In this document: positions 1-11,709 of the stretch, in pieces
How the letters are laid out: each line of letters begins with the position of its first letter
Numbering within the stretch: position 1 is the stretch's first letter
Assembly (NCBI GenBank): GCA_900088475.1
Contig: FLMG01000135.1
Span: forward strand, 62,001-126,000
From: Hyphochytrium catenoides
Lineage: Eukaryota; Protista; Hyphochytriomycota
Direction: 5' to 3'
Length of the DNA stretch: 64,000 nucleotides
Made by a program: the position numbers and the translations under genes
Notes under the pieces: generated by a model
The model's database searches: none
The model's input: the letters and a program-made list of their open reading frames with translations, nothing else
Told to the model about the DNA's origin: nothing

Positions 1-696
1 ATGCGGTCTGTACACTCTGAACCCAAGAAAACTGACAGAGCTTTACAAGAACAACAATTGTGTCATCCAACGCGTCGCCCTTCCCGAAAGTCATACGGAT
101 TTGGAACTGTTCAGGTTCTAAATCAAGTGCTATTGATGGGCGATATTAACCGCCATACATTCATAATCAGTCCATAATTGCGCGCGAATTCCCGCCATTT
201 ACGCACTTCATAAAGTCTACGACTGGTTTTAACTCCGCTTGCGGCAGGTTCAACACACTATTATAAAACCATAAGCCCACGTAAAAGCTCTGAATCAAGC
301 ACAATAAGTACTTGACAGTAAAGCCCCTATTGCGGAGTCTGGTTTGAACTTGGCGTAAATGTCCTTTGAAATTCCTTTTCGGTACACTCGAATATAAGGG
401 TTCCTCAGACACAGGCTACTCGCCTCATCGTTGTATTTGTACTATGGCAAACCTAGAGCATCTCGCTTCTCGCCGGTGCTGCCCGTGATGTTCCCACCAG
501 AGTCTGTCTGAGCGACTACTAGGAGCGCAGGTTGACTTGCTCGAAGCTTCAGCTGAGAGCCGTCACAAATCAATCGGAGACGTGACTGTCATTGGCCTTA
601 GCGAGAGTCCGGCAGGCCCCGGTTTGCAGTGAGAAAGTCTTGACAAGTGAGGTGTGAATATAGGAAGGTTTGAGGTGGGTGTAGTCCTTCGTTAAG

Positions 697-1125
697 ATGG
701 ACATAAACAGGGTGCGGCCTCCAGCAGTAACCAACTGCCAAGTCGTATGGAACTATATCACATCGTATGATCAGTGGTGGCCAAGCATTGCTTTCACGTG
801 CTTCGATGAGATGGAGAAATTTGGCCTTCAATCTTCGGTCGAGCAGATCATTCTAGAAACTCAATTTGTGGATATACCAGAAGACAAGCTCATATTCCGA
901 CGGTTAGGGTCTAACGTGACGGTGATGAAGGACAACACGCAGGTAAGCCCTATTCTTAGTAAGATGTGGTGCACTTCTAACTCTTACTTTAAGACATACG
1001 TGCTGCCGTACGAAGCGAACTACGAACGTCTGAGCAAAGCCGTTCCGAAGGATATGGACCTAAAACATGAATTTTTGGCGGGCCTTGAAGAAGCAAACCG
1101 CCTAATTCGGCTTAGCAAAGAGGAT
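697..1125 (+). other. PWWP-like domain (first two exons of the CDC6-like gene)
   Basis: CQVVWNYITSYDQWWPSIAF matches the PWWP pattern VWak...PWWPa; LPYEANYERL...EFLAGLEEANRLI resembles the PWWP C-terminal helices. Motif recognition only. Confidence 0.6.
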
Positions 1126-4100
1126 GTGAGTCTTTTATGACCGTTACGTGAACTCCTTCGCCCCGCTTACTGTTTATTGCAGCCAAAGGCTACCCCTATC
1201 CGCCAGCTCCCTTTCGGTAGGAACGGCAGCACAGGCAACACCGGAGATCAGATCCAGGGAAAAGATAAGCTAACATCTAAACAAAAGTGGAAAGCTGTGG
1301 CGCGAGACCTCAAAGCTTCTGGCTGGACGGAGTGGAAAGGGCCTCAGAAAACCATATATTTTAGGCCAGGTATCTCGCCAGGCGAGGGCATCCTTGGTAG
1401 AGACTTCTTTCACGGGGAAGAACAAGTGTTGCGCTATTTGGCTCGGATGGAATCAAAAGACGATGACAGGTTGCCCCAGATAGACAGACTGTCTGAGAGA
1501 AAACGAAATCAGGCATTACACTCACCGCACCACCCTGAGGAAGTTCGCTCTGAGTCTCCAACAGGGAGTGATGCTGCAGCAGTCAACCAGGCTTTACCGT
1601 CCGCGATCAATACAGGAGCGTGCGATCAGAAACAGAATCTTCTGATGGCTCCCGAGTCTATAGCTAACGTGGTGGTTGCTACCCTTTCAACCTTCGCCAA
1701 CGCCCTCCTCAGGATGGATCAACAAGTGGGGGCCGGAGTTGGGAGCAGCGCTTTTGCTAATCCTCAGGCTCTTCAAAGCTTGACAGCTATTCTAGCAGCT
1801 AATGCCTTACCTGTGTCAACGGGCACTGTAGGCGGTCTAGCAGACCTGATGCGAGGACTCGGGTCCAAGTCAACAGACAAAGTGTTACTTGAGAAAGCAT
1901 CAGATGGTGCAGCCGCTTTTCAATCTGACAGTCGCACGGAAGGTTCCTCGAGTGTTGGACTAGCCACTGGTCTGTCCGGTAAGGATATGAGCTCCTCAAT
2001 GGCCGATGTAGCCACAAAAACAAGCTCTGGGTCAGATGCAACAAAGATCCCACTGGGTGGCATGGCAACGACAAGCTCAGTAGAGGAGAATAGAAACCCC
2101 AACCGGGTCGGCTCGGTTGGCGTCGGCCACAATCTCAAAGAAGCAGTGGCCCTACAAAGTGCAAAAAGAGCTCCTTCACGGCAACACTTGGCGGATATTG
2201 AAGAGAAGGGCTTCGACACGATCAAGACAAAGTCAACGCCGCGTACAAATGGGGAGACGGAGAGGGCGGCAGGACAAAAATCTGGACAAAGTCCAGAAAG
2301 TCAAGTCACGCCTGTAACGAAAGTAGGTGTAGAGTTACTCAATTCGGCCATTTCTGACAAGACTTTGACCTCTGATGACGTGGAAACGGAGGTTGAAGAC
2401 GCCTCAAACACGGAGAAGTCGGATGTGTTCGGGATGTCTCGTGCAAACGCTGGGATATTCCAGCCCGACCTTACGTCCAATAGTGAACTAAGCTTTGAAG
2501 AAGTCTGGAAATCCCTAAAGCGCCAAGGTTGGAGGAGAAAGAATGGGCTCTACCTAAGGCCGATTAATGCGGTAGAGTCTAGGGAATCGTATATAGAAGG
2601 TTATTCCGCCTTTAGGACACAGGCCGAGGTGATGCAAGTAGCCGCTTCTGAGAATCTATTGGGAGTGTGGAACAAGACTTGTCCAATCACGCCAAAGCTT
2701 AACCGCATTCCTGCGATGAGCAAGGGAAACCAGCAGATTCCAACAAAGGCGATGGCGAGCAAAATCAACAAACAAACTGAGAAGACTAAAAAGCCAAAGC
2801 CATTCATACCGACAGTTGAAGAGTTAGAGCAAGCTCAACGTCGGCTTCGCGGGCGTCCGCAATGGTGGCATGCATGTTGGAAAGCTTTGTCCGCTGCTGG
2901 ATGGAGCTTTAACGGACGATATACGCGGCCACGGGGTCAAGATTCGAAAAGAACGCGGCGAACCCTGGGAGTTGACGTCTTTGAATCTCAGCAACATGTG
3001 GTGGCCTTCCTTCTCTCTCGCGGGGAACTGCCTGACCTTCCCGATGACGGCATGGCAAACGATTCCGACACCGATGGGTCTGATCTTGGACCTGCAGACG
3101 GAGAGATAAATATAGTGAACAAGGAGGCAGCTATAGCTGTGAAGTCGTCGGACAAACCAATTATCACTGCCCCCAAATCCAAGACTGCGAATTCTTCAAG
3201 GGTCGGCCCTTCTCTCAAGGCAAACAAGACTGACACGTCTTCCGCTGGGAAAAAGTTGTCGCCGGAAAAAAGTGAAGGACCAGAGTGTCATCCTTTTTCT
3301 TTGTTGTGGCAGGAGCTTCAGCAGCTAGGGTGGAAGTGGAGTGCTGGAATGTATAGAGCACCTCGTCCAAGAAGCGAGTTTGGCCAGAAATATGTTGCCG
3401 GTGTGAACATGTTCAATTCAGAAGGAGAAGTTATGGACTACCTCAATGCCAATCCCAGCGTTATGGCACGGCTTTCTTGCCATATTCCACTCAGACCGAC
3501 AATCAACCCTAAGAGAACGGACAGTATCGCGCACAGGAGTCCAATGCCTAAACAGTCACACACACCAACACCACGAGGAAAGAAGGTTGATGACCTTTAT
3601 TTGACAAATTGGCAGTCGATATGGGTTACTCTCAAGTCCGAAGGGTGGGTTTTCCGCAAAGGCTCGGCCCTCTGTAGCTCTTGTTTTCTGAGACCTGGCA
3701 AAGACGTAAAGAATGGTACCCCTGGTGTGGACTACTTTTATGCTAAGGAGGAAGTGCTGCAGTATCTTAAGGAGCAAGGTCGTCAATTCGACACGCTCTT
3801 TCCAGCCACAGACAGCTTAAGTGTACGAATGTCCGGAAAGGGTCGAACAGGCTTTTCGGAAAGCTGTGAGGCTGGTTATTCCTGCCGCCCAGAGTGCGAG
3901 AGTGAAGAAGAAGCCTCTGCGGTGTCAGAAGGGGCGGACGCGGAAGCTAACAGTGGGACGGAAGACGTTCTGACGGAGGAAACGTTGCTTGAACGCATCT
4001 TCATTGGACCTGATGAAGTAGACCTTAAGCAATGGCAAAAGATCTGGGACCACCTAAGGGAACAGGGCTGGAAATGGTGTCATGGTAGCGGCGTGATTTC

Positions 4101-6916
4101 CACATTTCGTTATCGGAAGCCTGGTACTCTCATCAAAACTGGTAGAAAGGGCATTGACTGGTTTGATACACAAGCAGAAGTAGTAAGAAGCTTAGCAAAG
4201 ACGAAAGAGCTCTTCCCAATCTTCGGTCTTTCATGTACCGCCAGTGAGCCTCCGCCTTTAGTGGTCAGCACGTCAAGACGCGTTGAGACGCCTCAAGAAG
4301 CCACTGCAGATGGAAAAGAGACTATGAGCCCGGAGAAGGCTAACGGCGAGAGTAATCTTTCCTCGAGAGGCTTAGGCTTCAGTTCCGGTCACTATCGGAT
4401 CACCTGTGATGATGGTGCTCCCATCTTCTCTTCGCCAAGGAAAAGCTCACCCACTAAAGCGAGATTGCCCAAGAACTTCCTCTTTTACGCGGAAGAGGTT
4501 TCCAAAGTAGAAAGCAAGACTCTTCTTAGGGTCAGTGAGACCCATGGATACGGCAAACACTGCTGGATTCTGGCCTCAGACAGTAAGGGCGAGGTGACAG
4601 TCGAACCTGACAATTCGCAGGAAGATTTGGTCCTCGAGAGTGATGTAGCCAGCGAGCCCAGTCCACACACAGCAAAGCGGGTCCAATTTGAGCTCGCGTC
4701 CCCATTACCGGAAGGCACAAGCAAGAGGAAGAGAAAGGAGGTAAAGTCCCATGTTCCCTCCTTGATATAATCGCGCTAACTCTAGACTGCGACAGTCGGA
4801 GCTAGGAAATGAAGAGACTCCAGCCCGTGACTTGAAGAGGCCAACTGTAGAACCTAGCATGGTTGGCGTATCTCCTCTTGGTCAGCGTTTACCCGTAGAA
4901 GACCCTTTTGCAACTATGGTCCTTTACCCCCTAACATGCGGCTGTCTGCAGACAAAAATCCAGGGCTAAACATATCAGTCGCTGAAACTCTTAAAAGGTC
5001 ACTTCCTACTACTCAGTTCCAAGACAAAAGTGCTGCGATTACAACTATGGGTCTTTTGGAGGTCAGTGCACGCAATAAACGCCAGAGGACTACCTTACTC
5101 AACCTTGTCAGCTAATGATGTGATCAGTCGTGCTTTTTGCCAAGCGGGAAGCCCCCACGCCTGGTGAGTCGCGATGCTGAGAGACGCTTCATCCATGAAT
5201 TCCTAGATCGTTGCATAGCGGGAGGGCCGGGGTCCTCACTATATATCTTTGGGGCCCCTGGTACCGGCAAATCAGCTACGGTTGCACACTGCCTCGCCAA
5301 GATTGATGGTGTCAAAGTTAAGGTACGTTTGTACTACCTTGACCGAGAGCGAGAGGACGTTATCTATCACCAGTCCTGCGTCTTTACACAAGCACAGATG
5401 TTATCTGTGCTTTATCTTTCTTGAGGGCCGAGCCTTCAATTGTTCACTCCAACCTACAGACCTTGTCACTCTGCAGTCTTCTTTCCTATGCTACTTAACG
5501 TGTATCTAATATTGACTGGCACATGGATGTGATAAACTTCTTGCCGGTCCTTTGTAGAGTGTGATGATAAACGCTGGCAGCGTTGGAGATGATAGCCAGT
5601 ACTTAGTCTCCACCATTGTCAAGGAGCTGTTCAACTACAAGTCGGAAGATGGCGATCCTCTCGACTATCTAACTAGCAGAGTGCAGCAAAATGACAAGGA
5701 GACTTGCTGGTAGGGCTTAAATATCGCAAACGCTTTCACATGTTCTTAGCTCATGTTATCTCTATTATCACTACTCGTCCACTTCGCGCTTTGAACATAT
5801 GTAGGGTAATTGTTGTGGATGAGATAGAGAACTGTCTCCATAACAATGTCACCCAGACAATGATCTACAACCTGTTTGCTCTGTCGCATCGTGAAGACAC
5901 ATCGATGGTTCTCATTGGTGAGTCTGGAGACCCAGCTAGATACCTTTCTCGCTATTCCTCACCATTAAGAACAGGGATATCAAACTCGGCTGAGCTTAAA
6001 CAAAGTCCATTTCCGGCTCTTCCCTGGCGGAACTGTAAGTCCTCTTACTCTAACAGAAATGCTATTGGACTCGTAAAATTCAATGGGAAGCAAAAATTGA
6101 CTCTCTTTGGTTCATTATGTTAGGCGAACCTTGTCAGCTTCAGTTTAAGGCGTACAGCAAAGAAGAGCTTCATGATCTCCTGAAAGCAAGAGTTGCCTAT
6201 GCCGCTGCTAAGCTTGGAGTAATGGATGATTCACGCTTGGTCGATCCAGAGGCCCTTGAGCTTTGTGCCCGAACGGTGTCAGCAAACTCTGGAGGCATGC
6301 GAAAGGCGCTAGAGGTTTGCAGGTAAATGCTATCATCCGGCTGTGAATTCCAACATAACTAATAACGTACACTGTAGTCAAGCAGTGAAGGAAGCTGCCA
6401 CGTCACTTAGGGATAGGGATGGCGCTATCGAGGCCGTGCCAGCTCCCCTTATTACCCTTCTTTCCATGAAGAGGGTCCTTCAAAATCTAAGCAGCTTATC
6501 ATTACGTGAGGCAGTCAATGCGCTTCCATTCCGCTCAAAGGTTAGTCATTTCACCTTGTGAAGGGAATAAGGCATCTCTCACCCATTGATTCTCTCAGGT
6601 TGTCTTATGTGCAGTGCTTCTGCTAGTTTCGGAGGTGGCCAAGCCTATAGCTTGGTCCAAATTGTTTGAACAATATGCCATGTGCTCTCAGCAGGTTCTT
6701 CGAACCAGCTTAGCCCGGCCTCCTCCCTCTCAGTTCAACGACCTAGTTGATCTACTGGCTGAGAAAGGCTTTCTGCGGACCGTCTCAGAGAAAGTATATA
6801 GCCCTAGTGGGAGATCGGAAGCAGCCATTGTACTGACCGCCAATGTTGAAGATTTGAAGGCCATCCTAGCCAAAGAGAAGGGCCTGAACGCCATTCTAGC
6901 TGCCGAGAACCTCTAA
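697..6916 (+). CDS. CDC6: Cdc6/Orc1-family AAA+ replication licensing ATPase with a very long N-terminal extension (PWWP-like domain plus six MBD-like repeats); multi-exon
   Basis: Predicted exons 697-942, 994-1125, 1183-4740, 4796-4880, 4952-5061, 5128-5322, 5558-5709, 5805-5917, 5975-6034, 6124-6322, 6378-6540, 6599-6916 join in frame through GT..AG introns. Cdc6 motifs: LVSRDAERRFI, SLYIFGAPGTGKS (Walker A), VIVVDEIE (Walker B), LIGISNS (sensor 1), FKAYSKEELHDLLKARV, ALELCARTVSANSGGMRKALEVC (sensor 2), and a C-terminal winged-helix-like segment FNDLVDLLAEKGFL. The 5128-6916 part is secure; the link to 697-4740 depends on two small predicted exons. Confidence 0.8.
1288..4197 (+). repeat. 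Six divergent copies of a ~50-aa protein module (about 1288-1443, 2494-2646, 2866-3015, 3295-3447, 3610-3771, 4033-4197)
   Basis: WKAVARDLKASGW..YFRPG..GRDFFHGEEQVLRYL; FEEVWKSLKRQGW..YLRP..GYSAFRTQAEVMQV; WHACWKALSAAGW..YTRP..GVDVFESQQHVVAFL; FSLLWQELQQLGW..YRAP..GVNMFNSEGEVMDYL; WQSIWVTLKSEGW..FLRPG..GVDYFYAKEEVLQYL; WQKIWDHLREQGW..YRKPG..GIDWFDTQAEVVRSL. Confidence 0.9.
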
Positions 6917-7140
6917 GTACTATGGGTGCGCTAAATTTCTTGTTCTATTGATGCTGTTTAGGCTCTACTCCTGATGGCCTGTCCTTGAGTCTCCCTATCC
7001 CTATCTATTCAAAAGAAGGTGTAATACTCCTGCCGCAGACTTCATTCTCCCTTCTAATATCTACGTCTAATGTAGCGAAGGGACCAACCTTAGTTGATCA
7101 TTATGCGATGCGTAGTTACCAATCTTTGGCTCGTTAATCC

Positions 7141-7788
7141 TCAGTTTGCATGTTTTCTCGCTTGCTCCAGCTCTTGGAGCTTCCTATTTGCTCGTTGTCT
7201 TTCTTCCTCGTCTAGCTGTTCTCGTGACTGTGCTGTGTGTTGGACGATGCGCGACAAGAGCGACTTGTTGGGCAGTAACCTGCCTGGCTTAAGATACTGT
7301 CATGAAGGGAACAATGCAAAAACGCGCAACGTAAGCTGCTGTTATGTTCTGCAGGCACCAAAGCGGACTCCTTATCTCTTTACCTCTGAAGATCCGCCCT
7401 TGACTGCAGTCACGGCACGCTTGGGGAGGGCAAACCTCGATCTCCTCTCGTGCCTTTGGTTTTGGTCCTCCTTATCCCGAGGGGAACGGCTGCGACTGAC
7501 TCGACTTCTGTCTCCCATGCTGTAGCTACCCGCTCCTCTAACTCTGTCCCGACTGCGACTTCGCTTTTTTTCTCTACTATCAGACCTTCCTCTACCTCGC
7601 CTACTACTATCGGACCTTTCTCTACCTCGTCTTACTCTAATGCTACCATTTCGACGAGAGCGTTCCTCGGAATCCGTGTCCGATCTGTGACTTCTTCTCC
7701 CTCTCTCTCTTACTCGCCCCCTGCCGCTATCGCTGTGATGGGACGAGGATGAACTAGCCGTTCTCGACCTCTTCCCTGTTCTGTCCAT
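7141..7788 (-). CDS. Arg/Ser-rich (RS-domain) nuclear protein, 2 exons
   Basis: Exon 7788-7384 is RS/RD/RE-dipeptide rich (SRSRSPR). Intron 7383-7297 (GTAAAG..ACAG) leads to exon 7296-7141, YLKPGRLLPNKSLLSRIVQHT...RQRANRKLQELEQARKHAN*. Confidence 0.7.
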
Positions 7789-8613
7789 CACCTCTAACGG
7801 TATGATGCCAGCAATTTTGTTTACTGTCCACTGACACCGGAACTTTAATTGACGCGGAAGGTGAAGACGGTTCTCTAGGGCTATAGCTTCGTGCAGAACG
7901 GCGTTAGTTGCTCTGCATTTAAGCCCAAAACTCCTCCATTAGGTGGCGCTCGTCTTGTCTTTCTCGTCTTCAGTCCTGGGATGGCAGAGTACGCTAACCA
8001 ACTAATAAGAATGCGCCATGCCTGTACCCGCGAATATCCCTATGCCAGATCTTGTCAGCCGTCGATCTGAATGGGTAGTAGAAGAACACCTTGCGTTGGC
8101 TCCTAAGAGAAGAGAGATCCGTGGATATCCTAGCCAGGTAAACTTATGAGCTGGTAGCAGTGAGCATGGGCCCCAGCCATCGTGGTGGCCACAACTGTTG
8201 ATGTCGTGTGGTCTGTCGCCGCTCCCTTCTTGCAGAAGCGACATTGATCACATCTGTCATCGGCGGATGTTCGAGAAGCGTTGCTTCCTACAGTAGAAAT
8301 ATTTGTACGGCACAAAACCGATTTATCAGCTCCGGGAGTAGATCTGAAGAGCACAATGATGAATCTTCGAGGTTTGTGTGGAAGGAGCTCTTGTTTTCTT
8401 CAGGAATAGGAAAAGTTGTGTGTGTTGGAGACTTGAGACGACAAGACGGTAGATCTGAGTTGCCAGGTTACGGAGCTTTGGCACTCTTCATGGCAGAAAG
8501 ACAGGCTGAGAAGCAGAAAATACTCTCAAAGTCTATTGGCTTCTTCAGCTCTTGTCATCTTACAAGCTGTACTCCGGAGGCCGCGTCAGGGACTGTGACT
8601 TCACGAAGCAAAG

Positions 8614-9102
8614 ATGTCCGTGGAGAAGCCATTAGATCTTATCAATCTCAGTATTGATGAGCGCATCCGCGTAAAGTGCAGGGGAGACAGGGAGCTGCAC
8701 GGCAAGCTCCATGTAAGCCAAGAGATGCACCTCCCTTTTACTTTTGGAGAAATAGTTATGGTCACGTTTTGCAACCTAGTTATGGTCACGTTTTGCAGCT
8801 TTCTTTCCTCTCATCTTGCAATGTTGAACGCACTTTTCTCTCCTGTGACTAGGCCTATGATCAGCACCTTAATATGGTTCTGGGAGATGTAGAGGAGACG
8901 GTAACCACCGTGGAGGTAGACGAGATGACAGAAGAGGAGATTATCAAGGTACGCCCACCTCTATGCCGTCTAATCCTTGCTGATGGGAGCCCCACGCCTA
9001 AGCTAGTGCCTGCATCCTCAGACCTCCAAGAGGACGATAGAGATGCTTTTTGTTCGTGGTGATGTGGTGATTCTCGTCTCACCACCTCTTCGAACGGCAT
9101 AA
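8614..9102 (+). CDS. LSM3: U6 snRNA-associated Sm-like protein LSm3, 3 exons
   Basis: [33 protein letters not shown] | [32 protein letters not shown] | [26 protein letters not shown]; Sm1/Sm2 motifs typical of LSm3. Confidence 0.97.
8753..8797. repeat. Intronic direct repeat, period 24 nt (LSM3 intron 1)
   Basis: tagttatggtcacgttttgca at 8753-8773 and 8777-8797. Confidence 0.9.
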
Positions 9103-9404
9103 CAGCTCAGGCGAACACCCCGTAAAGACGGGGTCGCCGGCTGGCATGCCACAGATAGGTAGATGAGATTGGGGCGGAATGCACATTGGCAAATGGCCCC
9201 TGGCTGACGGATAGAAAGAACGGAGAGGTTATAATATCACCCAAGAAGGGAGCAGTATGCATATACTGGTAGGGCATAGTTAATCAATATGACGGAGGGA
9301 GAGCTAACCCAAAGGACAAGAACCTAAGATGAGTTTAGAGCATGTTCACAAGCCATGCAGTGGGCTTTTGACAGAGTCTTTTTATTGACAATCAGCGAGT
9401 AAGT

Positions 9405-11709
9405 CTATGTTTTGGATCCTGGCGCTAGGCGGTCAATTCTGTTGTCAATCTCATTGATGTTCCTGAGAATCTTCTTCATGTTTTCCTCTAAACTCTGCTT
9501 CATCTGGGTCACAAAGAGCAAGGATAGTGAGCAACAAAGGAAAGTAGACGCAATTCTTCCTTAAAAGCAACAGGATAAGAAGGTACTAGCGTGAATGCTA
9601 CTGTCACAGCGTACCTGAGCCATGGTGTCTCTGTCATTCTCTAGCAGCTCCTCTATCGACGTCCTGGAGGAGCTAAGCTTGCTAACTCGTTCACTGAACA
9701 AAGACACGCTCAGTCAGCGCGACTTGAATTCAACCATAGATTTCGACTACGAAGTAACAGAGATATAGCCATAGACTAGTGAACAGAGATATAGCCATAG
9801 ACCGAGAGGAGTTGGTCAGAATGTAATGCAGGGAGAGAATGATACGGATGCAGAAGGCGTAAGTGGGCTCTGACTTGATAGTCGCTGCCTCCACGTGGAC
9901 CGACTCCAAGGCTTTCAAGCGGCTGACAACAGTGGGAAGAGACTCCGTAATAGCATCCCACTCCTACCAAGCACGTAGTAAGAAGACAATCAGAGGGAAG
10001 AAAGTTAGCAATCAAGGACCATTGCCGAAAAGGCATCAATAAAAGATGAACCTCTAGCTTCTCGAATAAGCTGTTGACTTTCTTTTCCCTCTCAGCGTTA
10101 TGACTGCTTCCAACGGCCTGGTGTTCAATTTGCAGGTTGGTAAGACACTTGCCTCTATTCATCTCGGGTTCTCATCACTATCCTATCACCGTAATACCTC
10201 AGATTCCATAAGCTTCTTAGCTGCTTTCAGTTCGTGAGTCAGCGTCATTATTCTCTGTCGCAAAGAGTCCAGATACCGCTCGTCTAGCACTTCTAACCGG
10301 CTTTCCAGCTGCTTTTTGTGATTCATTGGACAAAATGGAAAAAGAATGTGAGCATTTCTATAACGTGGAGGTGAGGGAGCTGCATACTATCACCTAAGGC
10401 AGAACCAACATTATAATTAGCAGAAGTAGAGGCTTCAAGGAGATAGCAGCCAGTCCAACAAAGGAGATAGGCACTGTTCCACCTGCTTGATGGTCGGGAT
10501 GAGCCCAATAGCTGCCGCCTTGTCCTTCTCAAGCGATGCTCCCAGTGTTTGCTCCAGTCGGCCCAGACGTTGGTCTAATTCTCCCAGCTTTAAGGTCTGG
10601 AGTTGCTTCGCCTTATCGCCACTAAGAAAGAGCTCATATGTGATGGAGGTAGGTGATTCGGAGGGGTTCGCATCCTGCATAGGCATAGATTAGCAGAGCA
10701 AGCCACTGCAATGACCTCCTAGCGTCAGTTATAAGCAACAAGATACTAGAACATGAGGCTAAGGGATTAGAATACGATGGAAGGCAGGTCCAGAGGGCTT
10801 GTGTGAAAAGTGTACACACCGTAGGACTTCCGGTGGCCATAGTCGTGGAGAGCTTCTCCAGCTCCTTTAGCAAACGGCTAGAAAGCTCCTTCTGTAGCAG
10901 GACGTTCTGCTCAATCTAAAAGGAAACCATTAATACATGTGAGGGTTGTCTTATAATAGAAGCATACTGTTCTCGTCGTCGAAGATGCAAAGAGTACAGT
11001 CAGCATGAAGTTGGCAAGGCGACCTATCAGGTTCTTCTGCGAAATATCTCACTTTATAATTTGGCTCGAGGAATGGATGGTAGTCTTCCTCTTTGGAGAA
11101 GGCAGCGAGTTGTGCTTGCAGCTGTGTGATTCCTGAGAGCATCTCATTATAGGTAGCTTGCACTGCAGGGTCTGACTGGCCACTAGTGGCTTTTTCCTGG
11201 GTCAGCTGCCAATTAGAGGCCAATGCTCAATGAGGGGCAAGCTATAAGAAACAAAGACCTACAGCTTTGAGGGCTTGAAGATCTGCAGATAGTTCCGATA
11301 CTTCCACCTGAAGTCGGGAATAGCGTTCCAGAGGTGACTCACTCTTCCTTTGTATATCGATGCTGTAATCTGTCCGTTTGCTGAGTGCCTGGCTGTCTGC
11401 GTGTGCGCGGATTATTTGCTAGGAAGGTAAGAAGCTCTAGGTAAACCGCTTCAGCTACCTGTAGGCGAAGAACGTATATCGAATCTCTTTCCCATAAAAA
11501 CTTCAAACGCCTGTTGTGCGCTGGTGGTACTTATGTCAATGTCATTGGAGGATGGAAGGATGGCCTGATGAACACGAGAAATCCTTCAACATTAATGCTC
11601 TAAAGCCCTGTCAATGAGTTTCACTTCTTACGGCGGGTGCCGGTGCCGACTCCACGGGAATATCTGGCGTCTCGTAGACCTCCTCCTCTACTCTAACAAC
11701 CCTTGACAT
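9405..11709 (-). CDS. DCTN2: Dynactin subunit 2 (p50/dynamitin), multi-exon
   Basis: N-terminal EEEVYETPD, ESPLERYSRLQVEVSEL, ITYELF, LGELDQRLGRLEQTLG, LESVHVEAA and C-terminal MKQSLEENMKKILRNINEIDNRI coiled coil follow the dynamitin pattern. Confidence 0.85.
9756..9802. repeat. Intronic direct repeat, period 26 nt (DCTN2 intron)
   Basis: aacagagatatagccatagac at 9756-9776 and 9782-9802. Confidence 0.9.

Noticed and set aside
1-460. Possible minus-strand gene running off the left edge (ORF 167-412 with splice-like signals)
   Set aside because: I could not build a consistent in-frame exon chain or recognise a family.
1177-4770. Treating the 1197-aa ORF as a stand-alone gene or transposon protein
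   Set aside because: It begins at a TTG inside an acceptor site, has a donor at 4741 and shows no transposase, RT or integrase motifs. It is better explained as an internal exon.
8002-8600. Short ORFs between the RS gene and LSM3, including a CDQCRFC motif
   Set aside because: No full zinc-finger pattern or consistent splice chain; probably a divergent promoter/UTR region.
8753-9802. Direct repeats of 21 nt as possible CRISPR repeats
   Set aside because: Only two copies each, with 3-5 nt spacers, intronic, eukaryotic context and no cas genes.
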